Sequence record: MG655267.1 | Length of the DNA stretch: 64,000 nucleotides | Direction: 5' to 3' (one strand) | Shown here: piece by piece, positions 54,912-63,409 of the stretch | How positions within the stretch are numbered: position 1 is the stretch's first letter | Layout of the letters: each line of letters begins with the position of its first letter | The notes under the pieces: generated by a model | What the model saw: only the letters and a program-made list of their open reading frames with translations | Database searches by the model: none | Told to the model about the DNA's origin: nothing | Position numbers and translations under genes: made by a program

Positions 54912-55617
54912 CCGTATCTTTGCCAATTATAATGGTTACATTGAAGCTATTGATGCACATTTTAAACCTACCTATCAACTGCAGCTAGCTGAGCAAGTCA
55001 TCCCGGCTGAGCAGATGGATAAGCTTGTAACCTGGATGGACCACAACACCCATGTCAAGGGTGCGACGGTCTACCTGATGGAGTTGGTGCCTGATCTCGA
55101 TAAACCGCATCCTGCACAATCAGAGATGCGTGTGTTTATTGCACTCGGTATGTTTCATCGTGAAGTCAACCCTGATTTGCCTTACTGGTGTCATGTACAT
55201 CGCCATTACCCGGTTAACCTCGCTGTCGACTTGATTGTTACTGACCTGCAAGGCGTTCCTGTAACTCATGCCGTTCTGACTGCGTTTAAGTCATTTGATC
55301 GAGCGCGTACCTACAGGGATAATCTCGGCGGTAAAGGCGGGCATCAACCGCATCACGAAATCCATACTGGCATTATTGACCAAAGTGGTAAGGTGATCTT
55401 CGAAGCCTACGGGAATATCAACTGGCATACCAAGAATGCCATTCGTCTGCTGGCCGAACGACAGATCCTGCAGGAAGATACCGAGTTGTCAGCGGTGTGG
55501 TTACTGGCGGGTTTAAAAGCAGGTGTCAACTGGAAAGTCGAAGACCATGTTGACATCATGAAAGCAATTGATACTTTCCGTCCGAGGAATACCCATGATT
55601 TTAACGGCTATGTTTAA
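54895..55617 (+). CDS. Hypothetical protein
   Basis: 240 aa, overlaps neighbours. Confidence 0.7.
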   Translation: MQNLNDRIFANYNGYIEAIDAHFKPTYQLQLAEQVIPAEQMDKLVTWMDHNTHVKGATVYLMELVPDLDKPHPAQSEMRVFIALGMFHREVNPDLPYWCHVHRHYPVNLAVDLIVTDLQGVPVTHAVLTAFKSFDRARTYRDNLGGKGGHQPHHEIHTGIIDQSGKVIFEAYGNINWHTKNAIRLLAERQILQEDTELSAVWLLAGLKAGVNWKVEDHVDIMKAIDTFRPRNTHDFNGYV

Positions 55618-56359
55618 GAAGTGCTTTGGTGCTTCATCTGTCTATAAAGAAGATGACGGCAGCACGCGTATTACCGCCGACCAGTATGAGCTTACGCTGG
55701 GGCGATCCTACAACCCTAAGCTTAAGCGTAAGGTAGGTCGGGGATTTGGCTTCTATGTCGAAAATGGTGAGAAGCTCGAGTTCGTCCTGCGGGGTTACTG
55801 GTTTGTGTTGATTGCCTGGAGCAAGAAGCGCAAATCACTCAAGTGGGACGAAGTGGAGAATGCACCGACCTACGGCTTCAATGTTGTCGACTCTGACTTA
55901 GCGATCTATCTGGGCAACGAATCCGCTAAGTCAGACAAACACATCAGCATGCGTAGTCGCAGCAAATACATCCCCCTGCCTTGGGCCTGGGTCTTCCATA
56001 AGCGTGAAGTGTTAACCACCCGTGACACCTGGACTGATGTCAAAGAAGGTGCGCTGTCTCAAGAGTGGTCGTTCCCCGCCACATACATCACCAAGCACAA
56101 TGAAGTGCAAGAGTTGATGGTCGAAGCGAAGATGGAGCGCATGAGTTGGCGCCTGGCATGGCTACCTTGGTTCGCGCCGGTTAGCAAGAAAGACCGCTCG
56201 GTAAGTTACAAGTACCACGGGAACGGTGGTAACGGGGTTGGTCACGATGCCAGTGGGTGGAAAGGCGGGGTCATCGGCGGTGGCATTATCATGCGGGACA
56301 ATGAACACAACCCGAAAGAAACATTCGACCGTTTAATTAAAGAGCAGCATTACGGCTAA
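55595..56359 (+). CDS. Hypothetical Trp-rich protein
   Basis: ATG 55595 after GAGGA. Confidence 0.7.
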   Translation: MILTAMFKKCFGASSVYKEDDGSTRITADQYELTLGRSYNPKLKRKVGRGFGFYVENGEKLEFVLRGYWFVLIAWSKKRKSLKWDEVENAPTYGFNVVDSDLAIYLGNESAKSDKHISMRSRSKYIPLPWAWVFHKREVLTTRDTWTDVKEGALSQEWSFPATYITKHNEVQELMVEAKMERMSWRLAWLPWFAPVSKKDRSVSYKYHGNGGNGVGHDASGWKGGVIGGGIIMRDNEHNPKETFDRLIKEQHYG

Positions 56360-56371
56360 GAAGGAAAGCAC

Positions 56372-57523
56372 ATGCGTCAGTATTTGGATGGGATTCGTTA
56401 CATCTTTGAGAACGGGTCACAACGAGGGGATCGCACCGGGGTAGGTACGTTGTCGGTGTTCTCGATGAAGCAGACTTACGATCTGCGTCTGGGATTCCCA
56501 CTGGTCACCAGTAAGAAAGTGCGTATCGATTTTATTATCGAAGAGCTCATCTCCTTCCTATCGGGTGACCCTGATATGCCGGGCGTGGGTATCTGGGATG
56601 ATTGGCGTGTCAAAGACGAAGTCTCTCGTGAAGTCCCGTTAGAGAACCACGAGCGTTTAAAACTCTGGGTTGAGAAGTCGGACCTGAAGTATAACGTTGC
56701 TTACCTTCAACTCAATGCGATGGGTTCTGTCGAAGCGGGTCATCGTTTCCTGGATGAGCAAGGGATTCCACGTAACAGAAAAGAAGTACTGGTAGCAGAA
56801 GGTGCACTCAATGCACCCTATGGGCCAGCCTGGCGTGCGTGGAAAGGTCGTCAGGGCGAAGTGCATGATCAGATCGGTTATCTGCTCAAGCTGCTTAAAA
56901 ACAATCCTACGAGCCGTCGTATGCTATTGTCTGCTTGGGACCCGGCGAACATGCCGGATGAGTCTATCAGCCCGCAGGATAACATCATTGATGGCAAGCC
57001 ATGTCTGACTCCGTGTCATTGGGCGTTTGAGCTGTACACTGACGAAATCCTGGCAGAGGAACGCCTTGATTGGGTCGAAGCTAATGCACCTAGCCTCTGG
57101 GAAGACTACAATGATCGTTCAGGGCGCGGTCAGTGGTTAGGCGACACAGACAGTAAGCGCCTTCATGAATTCCTGGACGAAGCCGGCGTACCGAAGTATT
57201 ACCTGGATCTGAAGTATCACCAACGTTCCTGTGACTATATGGTTGGCGTGCCGTATAACATCGCCAGCTATGCGGTGTTGCAGCACATGTTTGCGGCCAC
57301 CTGTAACATGATCCCGCGGATGATGGAAGCGGATATGACTAACATCCATATCTACAACTTCCACAAAACCAATGCGGTCATGCAGGCCAGTCGCAGCCCA
57401 CGCGCACTACCCACTCTAAAGGTACTCGCCGCTCACGATAAGTTGGAAGACTATACGTTGGAAGACTTTGAACTCGAAGGTTATGATCCGCATCCTTTTA
57501 TTAAATATAAAAGAGCGGTCTGA
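56372..57523 (+). CDS. thyA: Thymidylate synthase with two large insertions
   Basis: DRTGVGT, FPLVTSKK, YGPAWR, SRRMLLSAWDP, LTPCH (catalytic Cys), HQRSCD, GVPYNIASY (Asn = dUMP specificity), HIY. Confidence 0.95.
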   Translation: MRQYLDGIRYIFENGSQRGDRTGVGTLSVFSMKQTYDLRLGFPLVTSKKVRIDFIIEELISFLSGDPDMPGVGIWDDWRVKDEVSREVPLENHERLKLWVEKSDLKYNVAYLQLNAMGSVEAGHRFLDEQGIPRNRKEVLVAEGALNAPYGPAWRAWKGRQGEVHDQIGYLLKLLKNNPTSRRMLLSAWDPANMPDESISPQDNIIDGKPCLTPCHWAFELYTDEILAEERLDWVEANAPSLWEDYNDRSGRGQWLGDTDSKRLHEFLDEAGVPKYYLDLKYHQRSCDYMVGVPYNIASYAVLQHMFAATCNMIPRMMEADMTNIHIYNFHKTNAVMQASRSPRALPTLKVLAAHDKLEDYTLEDFELEGYDPHPFIKYKRAV

Positions 57524-57555
57524 TCCACTGGTGCGTTGAAGGGAGCACAACGGTA

Positions 57556-57921
57556 ATGAAGAGAGAGTCCAGTTACACCCTGGTCTTTGGGGAAGGTAGT
57601 ACTGAAGAAGATGTCAATACCCTGCGTGAGATGGTGTCACACATGCGGGGGTTGACTGGGTTGTCGCAGCTGGGGGCGTTTGAGGTGTTCGTTACCCATT
57701 ATGAATTGCAACGTAAAGACGCAGGGCTAATCACCAGTAATCTTCCAGTGAATGCACAGTCGTTGTTTGATGTCAGTGATCGACAGAACTGGCTGACACC
57801 GCTGTTCACTTCACGGGGATTAGTGGCGTGTGACTTGTTGTTGCTGTTGAAGCAAGGCAAATGGGCCGGAGAACACCTCAAGGTGACCTTTCGGGTAAAG
57901 GGTATCGGGGCGAAAGCATAA
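57556..57921 (+). CDS. Hypothetical protein
   Basis: 121 aa, GGGAG RBS. Confidence 0.6.
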   Translation: MKRESSYTLVFGEGSTEEDVNTLREMVSHMRGLTGLSQLGAFEVFVTHYELQRKDAGLITSNLPVNAQSLFDVSDRQNWLTPLFTSRGLVACDLLLLLKQGKWAGEHLKVTFRVKGIGAKA

Positions 57922-57922
57922 C

Positions 57923-57955
57923 GCATACGGAGGGGTCATTCCCTCCGCTATGCCG
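57923..57955 (+). terminator. Hairpin + CTATGCCG
   Basis: GCATA-CGGAGGGG-TCAT-TCCCTCCG-CTATGCCG. Confidence 0.7.
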
Positions 57956-57990
57956 ATTAAGTTTTTAACAAAGTTTACTGCAGATCTTTT

Positions 57991-58004
57991 CAGACCTATA
58001 TCAC
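57991..58004 (+). promoter_or_regulatory. Candidate phage early promoter CAGACCTATATCAC
   Basis: AT-rich upstream; matches the 40026 site; upstream of the 58054 cluster. Confidence 0.55.
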
Positions 58005-58053
58005 GTCGGTGAATAACCTTTCACTAATTAACCAATCCGTAAGGAGTTTTATC

Positions 58054-59430
58054 ATGGCTGCATTAAAATCTAAAGTTGAACTGTTTCACTGGTATCAGGA
58101 ACTGAAAACTGAATTTAAAACCGGCAAGATTACCGTGTTCGAATTTGAGCGGCAAGTGCTCAGCGAAATTCTTTCCCTGACCGATACTGGTAAAACACCA
58201 TCTACTGCCAAAATCAGTCTGGTAGTGGACATCCTTAATTCTGTGGTTTTTGATCATGTGTTTACCGCAGACGGTATCATTGACCTGGACAACATGCTCG
58301 CTCGTGAACACGTACGCAACATTTCGGAATTGACGGCAGCACGCAATAACTTTATTACCATACAAGCCCAGGCCCGTCTGAACAAAGAAAAGGAACAGAC
58401 TGCGAAACCAGCAGAGCAGAAGGCGTTTGCCAAGTTTCCAACGAAAGAAGAGCTCGAATATTGGGTTAATGCCAGAAAGCTATTCCGTTATGGTAACCCC
58501 AATACGCTCGGCACTGAAGCATACCAGGAGGTTGTCAAATACTGGCATCTGGTCGATAAATATCTGGGTACATTAAAACTGGAACTGGATCACACCGACC
58601 CTAACTACGTCGATAACATCCTGTTGATTGACTACTTTGTATCGTTGGTCGCCAAGCAAGAGGTTCCTGAGGAAGAACGCAGGCATCTGAAAGACACACT
58701 TAGCAGTCTATATGCGTGCCCCATTAAAACCCCACACATCGATGCATTTGTCGAACGTGACCAACACCCCCTTCCAGTTAAGCCAAAACAACCACCCATC
58801 GCGCAACAAGCCATCGACCGCGCTATTGCCTGGCGTGAAGAGGAAACCAAAACAAACCATCAGCAAAAAGACATATTACGAGAATTCGCCGATCAATACT
58901 GTCCGGTAATGGTGGCCAAGCAACATGCCACTCAGCAGTTGTTTGATTTCGTTGCTCGTGCGGTGAAACGTGTCTTGACCGCCATTGCTCAGCCAAACAA
59001 CCCGGAAGACGCCGAGATGCTGGCAAAAGGTCATGCCATCAACATTCTCAATGTTAAGCATGGTGTAATTGGTGTCAGTACCACGATTACCAGAAACGGT
59101 CTGGTCAAGTTACGCATCTTCGCTGAACGTGAACTATGTAACGAGGACTACGGTATTCCGACTCTGTCGTATAATCAAGTCCGTCAATCACCTCATGCAA
59201 CGTTCAGCATACCAATGCCGGCACTGATAGATGGGTTCATTAACATGTGGGATATCCCTAATCAGGCCCCTCGCCATATGCATAATAGCGTAGGCGGTAT
59301 GTTGGGTAATCCCTATCCGTTACAGCAGCTTGATGGTTTGATGTCAGCTATTGCAAGAGAAACAGCCGAGTACGGCGTTACGCCTACTTATGGCATGATC
59401 GAAGACAGCATGATTGTTGTGCTGCATTAA
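58054..59430 (+). CDS. Hypothetical protein with two copies of a helical W...G...(Y/F)E module
   Basis: ATG 58054 after AAGGAG; KVELFHWYQELKTEFKTGKI and TKEELEYWVNARKLFRYG...LIDYFVSLVAKQE. Confidence 0.75.
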   Translation: MAALKSKVELFHWYQELKTEFKTGKITVFEFERQVLSEILSLTDTGKTPSTAKISLVVDILNSVVFDHVFTADGIIDLDNMLAREHVRNISELTAARNNFITIQAQARLNKEKEQTAKPAEQKAFAKFPTKEELEYWVNARKLFRYGNPNTLGTEAYQEVVKYWHLVDKYLGTLKLELDHTDPNYVDNILLIDYFVSLVAKQEVPEEERRHLKDTLSSLYACPIKTPHIDAFVERDQHPLPVKPKQPPIAQQAIDRAIAWREEETKTNHQQKDILREFADQYCPVMVAKQHATQQLFDFVARAVKRVLTAIAQPNNPEDAEMLAKGHAINILNVKHGVIGVSTTITRNGLVKLRIFAERELCNEDYGIPTLSYNQVRQSPHATFSIPMPALIDGFINMWDIPNQAPRHMHNSVGGMLGNPYPLQQLDGLMSAIARETAEYGVTPTYGMIEDSMIVVLH

Positions 59431-59437
59431 TTCACAC

Positions 59438-59468
59438 GGGGAGGTTTCCCTCCCCCTTTTATTTTTTA
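59438..59468 (+). terminator. Canonical intrinsic terminator
   Basis: GGGGAGG-TTTC-CCTCCCC-CTTTTATTTTTT. Confidence 0.75.
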
Positions 59469-59493
59469 ATTAACCTACTGTGAGAATTTAACC

Positions 59494-60195
59494 ATGAACA
59501 AAGAAACTTATACTACCTGGTACAATGGATTAAAAGAAAGATTGGCGACTGGGCACATTAATCAAGAACACTACGAGACACTTATTGTTGACAATCTAAG
59601 TTCATTGATTACTCATTTCTTCAATAGTCGATACGACGATGGTCATATGTCTCTGGAGGAGCATTTTGCGTTAGTTAATCATTATTTCGAACTGGTTGCT
59701 GATGCAGAAATATCAGAACGCAGTGCCATGCTCATGGTACGTTCTGTAGCTAGCAGTATTCAAAAGCTACCAGCGGCTAAAGCCTTCGCAGAGAAACATA
59801 ACACTCCGGCGCCGTCAATTAAAGAAATTCTTGGTAGTCGACCTGGTTTACTGCGTAAGCATGCTGCCAGCACGACCGAGAAGATGATAGGGTGTCCGGT
59901 GATCACCCAGGCCAACGAACCTGAGAACGAAGTAACCATTGACTTACCCTGGAAATTGGCATTGCACGTTTACAAAGGGTTCCTGGTAAAGGCGCTGATG
60001 TCAAAGCACGGATATAAATACAGTGATGCGTATAACTACATTACTGATCATCAGAACAAATACGACGAACTCTTGGCAGAAGTCCTCAACAACATTATTG
60101 CTAATGAGGAATCGCATCTGGTGTCGGTAGGTGGCGGCATCACTGCAGCGGGTACTGGTCTGGTGGTAAGCGGGATTATTAAGCCGGAGGAGTGA
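59494..60195 (+). CDS. Helical module fused to an RNA polymerase beta-prime fragment (switch 2/dock), non-catalytic
   Basis: GSRPGLLRKH...GCPVIT...LPWKLALHVYKGFL aligns to RpoC [10 protein letters not shown]...GRSVIT...LPKKMALELFKPFI; no NRAPTLH or NADFDGD. Confidence 0.65.
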   Translation: MNKETYTTWYNGLKERLATGHINQEHYETLIVDNLSSLITHFFNSRYDDGHMSLEEHFALVNHYFELVADAEISERSAMLMVRSVASSIQKLPAAKAFAEKHNTPAPSIKEILGSRPGLLRKHAASTTEKMIGCPVITQANEPENEVTIDLPWKLALHVYKGFLVKALMSKHGYKYSDAYNYITDHQNKYDELLAEVLNNIIANEESHLVSVGGGITAAGTGLVVSGIIKPEE

Positions 60196-60755
60196 TGAAA
60201 GGAGAGATAGAGACACGCTTCAGAAGACACTACGGCAACCACATTAAACGGGGTAGTGATATCGCAGTGCCTTTATACCACATTAGTCTACAGAATGACT
60301 TGGAGGGGCTATGGCGACCTAAAGCCCCTGACTCGCCATTTGATATTCCGAAGAAACCCAACATCATTACTGAAATGCCGCTCCCGCGTATCTGTGTAGC
60401 ACCATCTATCGAACAGTGCTTCTGGGCAATCTATCCCAATATCTCTAAGCTCTTTGAAGAGGAAGAATACGCAGCGGTTTGTTTTGCGGTTTATCAACCG
60501 ATTCTGCATGCCGGTATTGCTGTCGTGGATACCAGTACGTTAACGCAATGCCGACTAGTGCACGATGCACATATTACCGGCGAGCATTGGTTACTTAGTG
60601 ATACCACCATGTGTGTGATCGACTTTATTCAGGTTAATAACACCTCACACGGCGAGTTCGTAAAGTTCCATCCGTTTAATACCCCGGTTGGTAACGAATG
60701 GGAGCTCGCCCCTAAAAATGTTGTTTATCATTCACTTAAATTAACGGAGTTGTAA
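60192..60755 (+). CDS. ADP-ribosyltransferase-fold-like phage protein
   Basis: LYHIS, PRICVAPS, VHDAHITGEHW follow the ART H/R-S-E scaffold order. Confidence 0.5.
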   Translation: MMKGEIETRFRRHYGNHIKRGSDIAVPLYHISLQNDLEGLWRPKAPDSPFDIPKKPNIITEMPLPRICVAPSIEQCFWAIYPNISKLFEEEEYAAVCFAVYQPILHAGIAVVDTSTLTQCRLVHDAHITGEHWLLSDTTMCVIDFIQVNNTSHGEFVKFHPFNTPVGNEWELAPKNVVYHSLKLTEL

Positions 60756-60759
60756 ATCC

Positions 60760-61404
60760 ATGGTAACTGCTAGAAAAGCTAATAAGACCTTAGGTGAGCA
60801 CGCAGTGGCTCATGAGGCAGTAACACGCTTAGGTAGCAACAAGAAAGTCAAACCAGTTAAACCGCTTTGGACACTGGAGAACATCGAGGACAATCTGGTT
60901 GGTCAAGGCATCCTTGCCTACTTGAAACGCCACACGTCGTTATCGATCCGTGATATCAACACCGCGGCTAACCGCCTGACGAAGATTGCTGATTCAGATA
61001 TAAAGGAAGGGAAAGCGCGTGATTACGTGGCACGAGTTATTGGGTACAACAATTACGACGCTCTCAACGTCACCGTTCGTGCAGCGGTACCTGTGCGCAA
61101 TCATGTACAACGTCGTAAAGCAAATCAGCCGGTCACAGAGTTGTTGATAGAAGACGAAGAACTGCCGCCGGTAACACGTACTGAAATCAACCCCTTGGTG
61201 ATGTTAGCCCTACAGCGTGAGATCTCTAAACGCGGCTTTCGTCTACTGGGTAAGAACTACCGGGCTTTCGTTAACAAGGATAACCCCGAGCACACCTTTA
61301 CGTTGATGCAGGCGTATAACTACCTTGCCAAACAACTGGGTTATCCGGATTATCACTCTATGCCCCGTCAATACCCAATCATTAACTTGCGCTACGTCGA
61401 TTAA
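60760..61404 (+). CDS. Hypothetical protein with two helical repeats
   Basis: ARDYVARVIGYNNYDAL and AYNYLAKQLGYPDYHSM (Glyoxalase_8-like helical motif). Confidence 0.65.
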   Translation: MVTARKANKTLGEHAVAHEAVTRLGSNKKVKPVKPLWTLENIEDNLVGQGILAYLKRHTSLSIRDINTAANRLTKIADSDIKEGKARDYVARVIGYNNYDALNVTVRAAVPVRNHVQRRKANQPVTELLIEDEELPPVTRTEINPLVMLALQREISKRGFRLLGKNYRAFVNKDNPEHTFTLMQAYNYLAKQLGYPDYHSMPRQYPIINLRYVD

Positions 61405-61426
61405 CCTATTGTAAGGAATAAAGAAC

Positions 61427-62176
61427 ATGACAACGACTTTCCCGAAAGAGATGAATGCTGCTTTCCATCCTGATAACGAACAAACCACCCAGCTGTGCAA
61501 AACGATCCAGCAGATCAGCGGGGTGGAGATCAAACGTGTACATGTGGTGATGGCGATCCACCATTACAAACAAAACGATGCGGCACATCAGCCTGACCAC
61601 ATGCTGGCGGTCTTAGCAGAAGCAGCCCACATCATCCAGTCGTTTCCTGACCTGGAGAAATGGCGCACCCAGATCATGTTAGGGTGTCTGTTCCATGACA
61701 CCCACTGTCACATCGATCGGGATATGCACCACCTGCTAGGCGCCGAACATGCCCAAGAGGCATTACTGGAGTATGCGTGTGGTTATGGGATGTCACGTGC
61801 GGATGTCTACCTGATCAGTCAGGCCGTACTGGAGCATCGGGCTTCCTGGAAGTACCCGCGTATTAACCCTGTATCCAACGCTGTGGCGTCTGCAGATCGT
61901 GGCTACCCTGATCTAAAGAAATACATCCGTCGCGCTGTACAGTACCGTTACAAGCGTATGGCAGTCATCAACATGAACACCATTATCGATGAGTCGATCG
62001 AACACATGGTAGAGAAGTTCGGGGATGGTGGTTACGCCTGGGAAAGCTACCCGACGTATGCAGCAGTGATGCACGGTGATGCGATCCAACAAGTGAAACA
62101 ACAACTGCGCAGTAAAGAAGGAAAGGCGCAGCTCAAAGAGTACGCTGAACTCCACTTTGATGAGTGGGTAGAATAA
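61427..62176 (+). CDS. HD-domain phosphohydrolase
   Basis: AHQPDHM, CLFHD, HHLLGAEH, EHR, ASADR. Confidence 0.85.
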   Translation: MTTTFPKEMNAAFHPDNEQTTQLCKTIQQISGVEIKRVHVVMAIHHYKQNDAAHQPDHMLAVLAEAAHIIQSFPDLEKWRTQIMLGCLFHDTHCHIDRDMHHLLGAEHAQEALLEYACGYGMSRADVYLISQAVLEHRASWKYPRINPVSNAVASADRGYPDLKKYIRRAVQYRYKRMAVINMNTIIDESIEHMVEKFGDGGYAWESYPTYAAVMHGDAIQQVKQQLRSKEGKAQLKEYAELHFDEWVE

Positions 62177-62183
62177 GCTACGT

Positions 62184-62213
62184 GGCCGGAGGTAATCCTC
62201 CGGCTGTTATGCC
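62184..62213 (+). terminator. Hairpin + GTTATGCC
   Basis: GCCGGAGG-TAAT-CCTCCGGC-TGTTATGCCT. Confidence 0.7.
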
Positions 62214-62336
62214 TGTTCTTTCTTCTTTGTAATTCCCAACACATTCGGTCTTTGTTATACAAAGGCTATAATCTTTGTCCCGAGCTAAGGGTAACGTGAA
62301 CAGTTATGCTGGCTTACTTTTTAAAGGTATCTTTTC

Positions 62337-62867
62337 ATGGATGGTTTATTTAATCTCTCCTCATGGCAATCGCTTTTACTTGTGGTAGTCGTACTCCTAC
62401 TGTGGGCGTATTACCAACGACTTCAACACCTGCGTCGTAAGTATCATCGTCGTAATGAACGCATGATGGCGCAGAGCGTGGTCATGACATCCCGGCTGTT
62501 ACTGAGTACCTTCTCGGAGATTGTGGAACGCGCTAAAGAGGAGGACATCTACCAGCGTGATCCTAACTCCCCGATTGCGGCAGACCGGGCCAGTGCGATG
62601 GCCTGCTCCTCCATCTTCAGTGGGTTGTATAACCTGGTTGTGGTGCCCGTCACCACCCTTGATCCGGTGTTCAACGATTTATTGATTACCGGTACTGAGC
62701 GGGAAGATGTTGAGGAAGGGGTCTTTGTGTCGTTTTATTTGGGTGAACAGCGTAATGATGTGGTTAGGCATTTTATACCCGACCGGTCGTTACAGGCCTT
62801 TATCACCCAAACGCGTGCCTTCAGTGCTTACCTGCGACAGGCTGCGAATACAAAACCACCACAATGA
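62337..62867 (+). CDS. Membrane-anchored hypothetical protein (paralog of 62876)
   Basis: N-terminal TM followed by basic residues. Confidence 0.7.
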   Translation: MDGLFNLSSWQSLLLVVVVLLLWAYYQRLQHLRRKYHRRNERMMAQSVVMTSRLLLSTFSEIVERAKEEDIYQRDPNSPIAADRASAMACSSIFSGLYNLVVVPVTTLDPVFNDLLITGTEREDVEEGVFVSFYLGEQRNDVVRHFIPDRSLQAFITQTRAFSAYLRQAANTKPPQ

Positions 62868-62875
62868 GGTGACAC

Positions 62876-63406
62876 ATGACCAATTATGGTTTTCTGCTGA
62901 ACACAGTACTTCTGGCTTTTCTTATTTGGTTTGGTTACCGACTGCACACGTTGGTAAACAACAGCGAGAAAGCCACCCTCGCCGCTGATCATAACGCCAA
63001 GCTGCGCTTCCTGACCTATGCAGCCCGGCAGATAATGAGTGACTTGTATACGTCGCTCAATCTTCCGACGCTCACCGGGTGTGCGAAGATGTATCTACGC
63101 GATGACGGCAAGCTTGATAATATTGAAGTCATTATGCGACTCTTCATGAAAACCCATAATGAGATTATTACCAAGCTCTCCGAGGGATTGGTGTCGGATC
63201 ATTTGAAGATCACCGATGTTAAAGTTACCCATGATCTGGTGACCAACGAAGTGCTCATCACACTCTTGTATCCGAATAAAGTCACTGACATCCTGGTCTT
63301 CCATCATAACCACCTGGCGCAGGCGATCTACCAACTGGATCGATTGCAGCATCGGCTCTCAACGTTCCACAAAGCGGTGCCGAACCGCGACCTGTACCAA
63401 CTCTAA
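62876..63406 (+). CDS. Membrane-anchored hypothetical protein (paralog of 62337)
   Basis: GAGGTG RBS; N-terminal TM; same length (176 aa). Confidence 0.7.
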   Translation: MTNYGFLLNTVLLAFLIWFGYRLHTLVNNSEKATLAADHNAKLRFLTYAARQIMSDLYTSLNLPTLTGCAKMYLRDDGKLDNIEVIMRLFMKTHNEIITKLSEGLVSDHLKITDVKVTHDLVTNEVLITLLYPNKVTDILVFHHNHLAQAIYQLDRLQHRLSTFHKAVPNRDLYQL

Positions 63407-63409
63407 ACC

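Noticed and set aside
56372-57523. dCMP/dUMP hydroxymethylase (modified-base pathway)
   Set aside because: The PYN Asn that selects dUMP and the canonical ThyA motifs are present; no partner modification genes in the window
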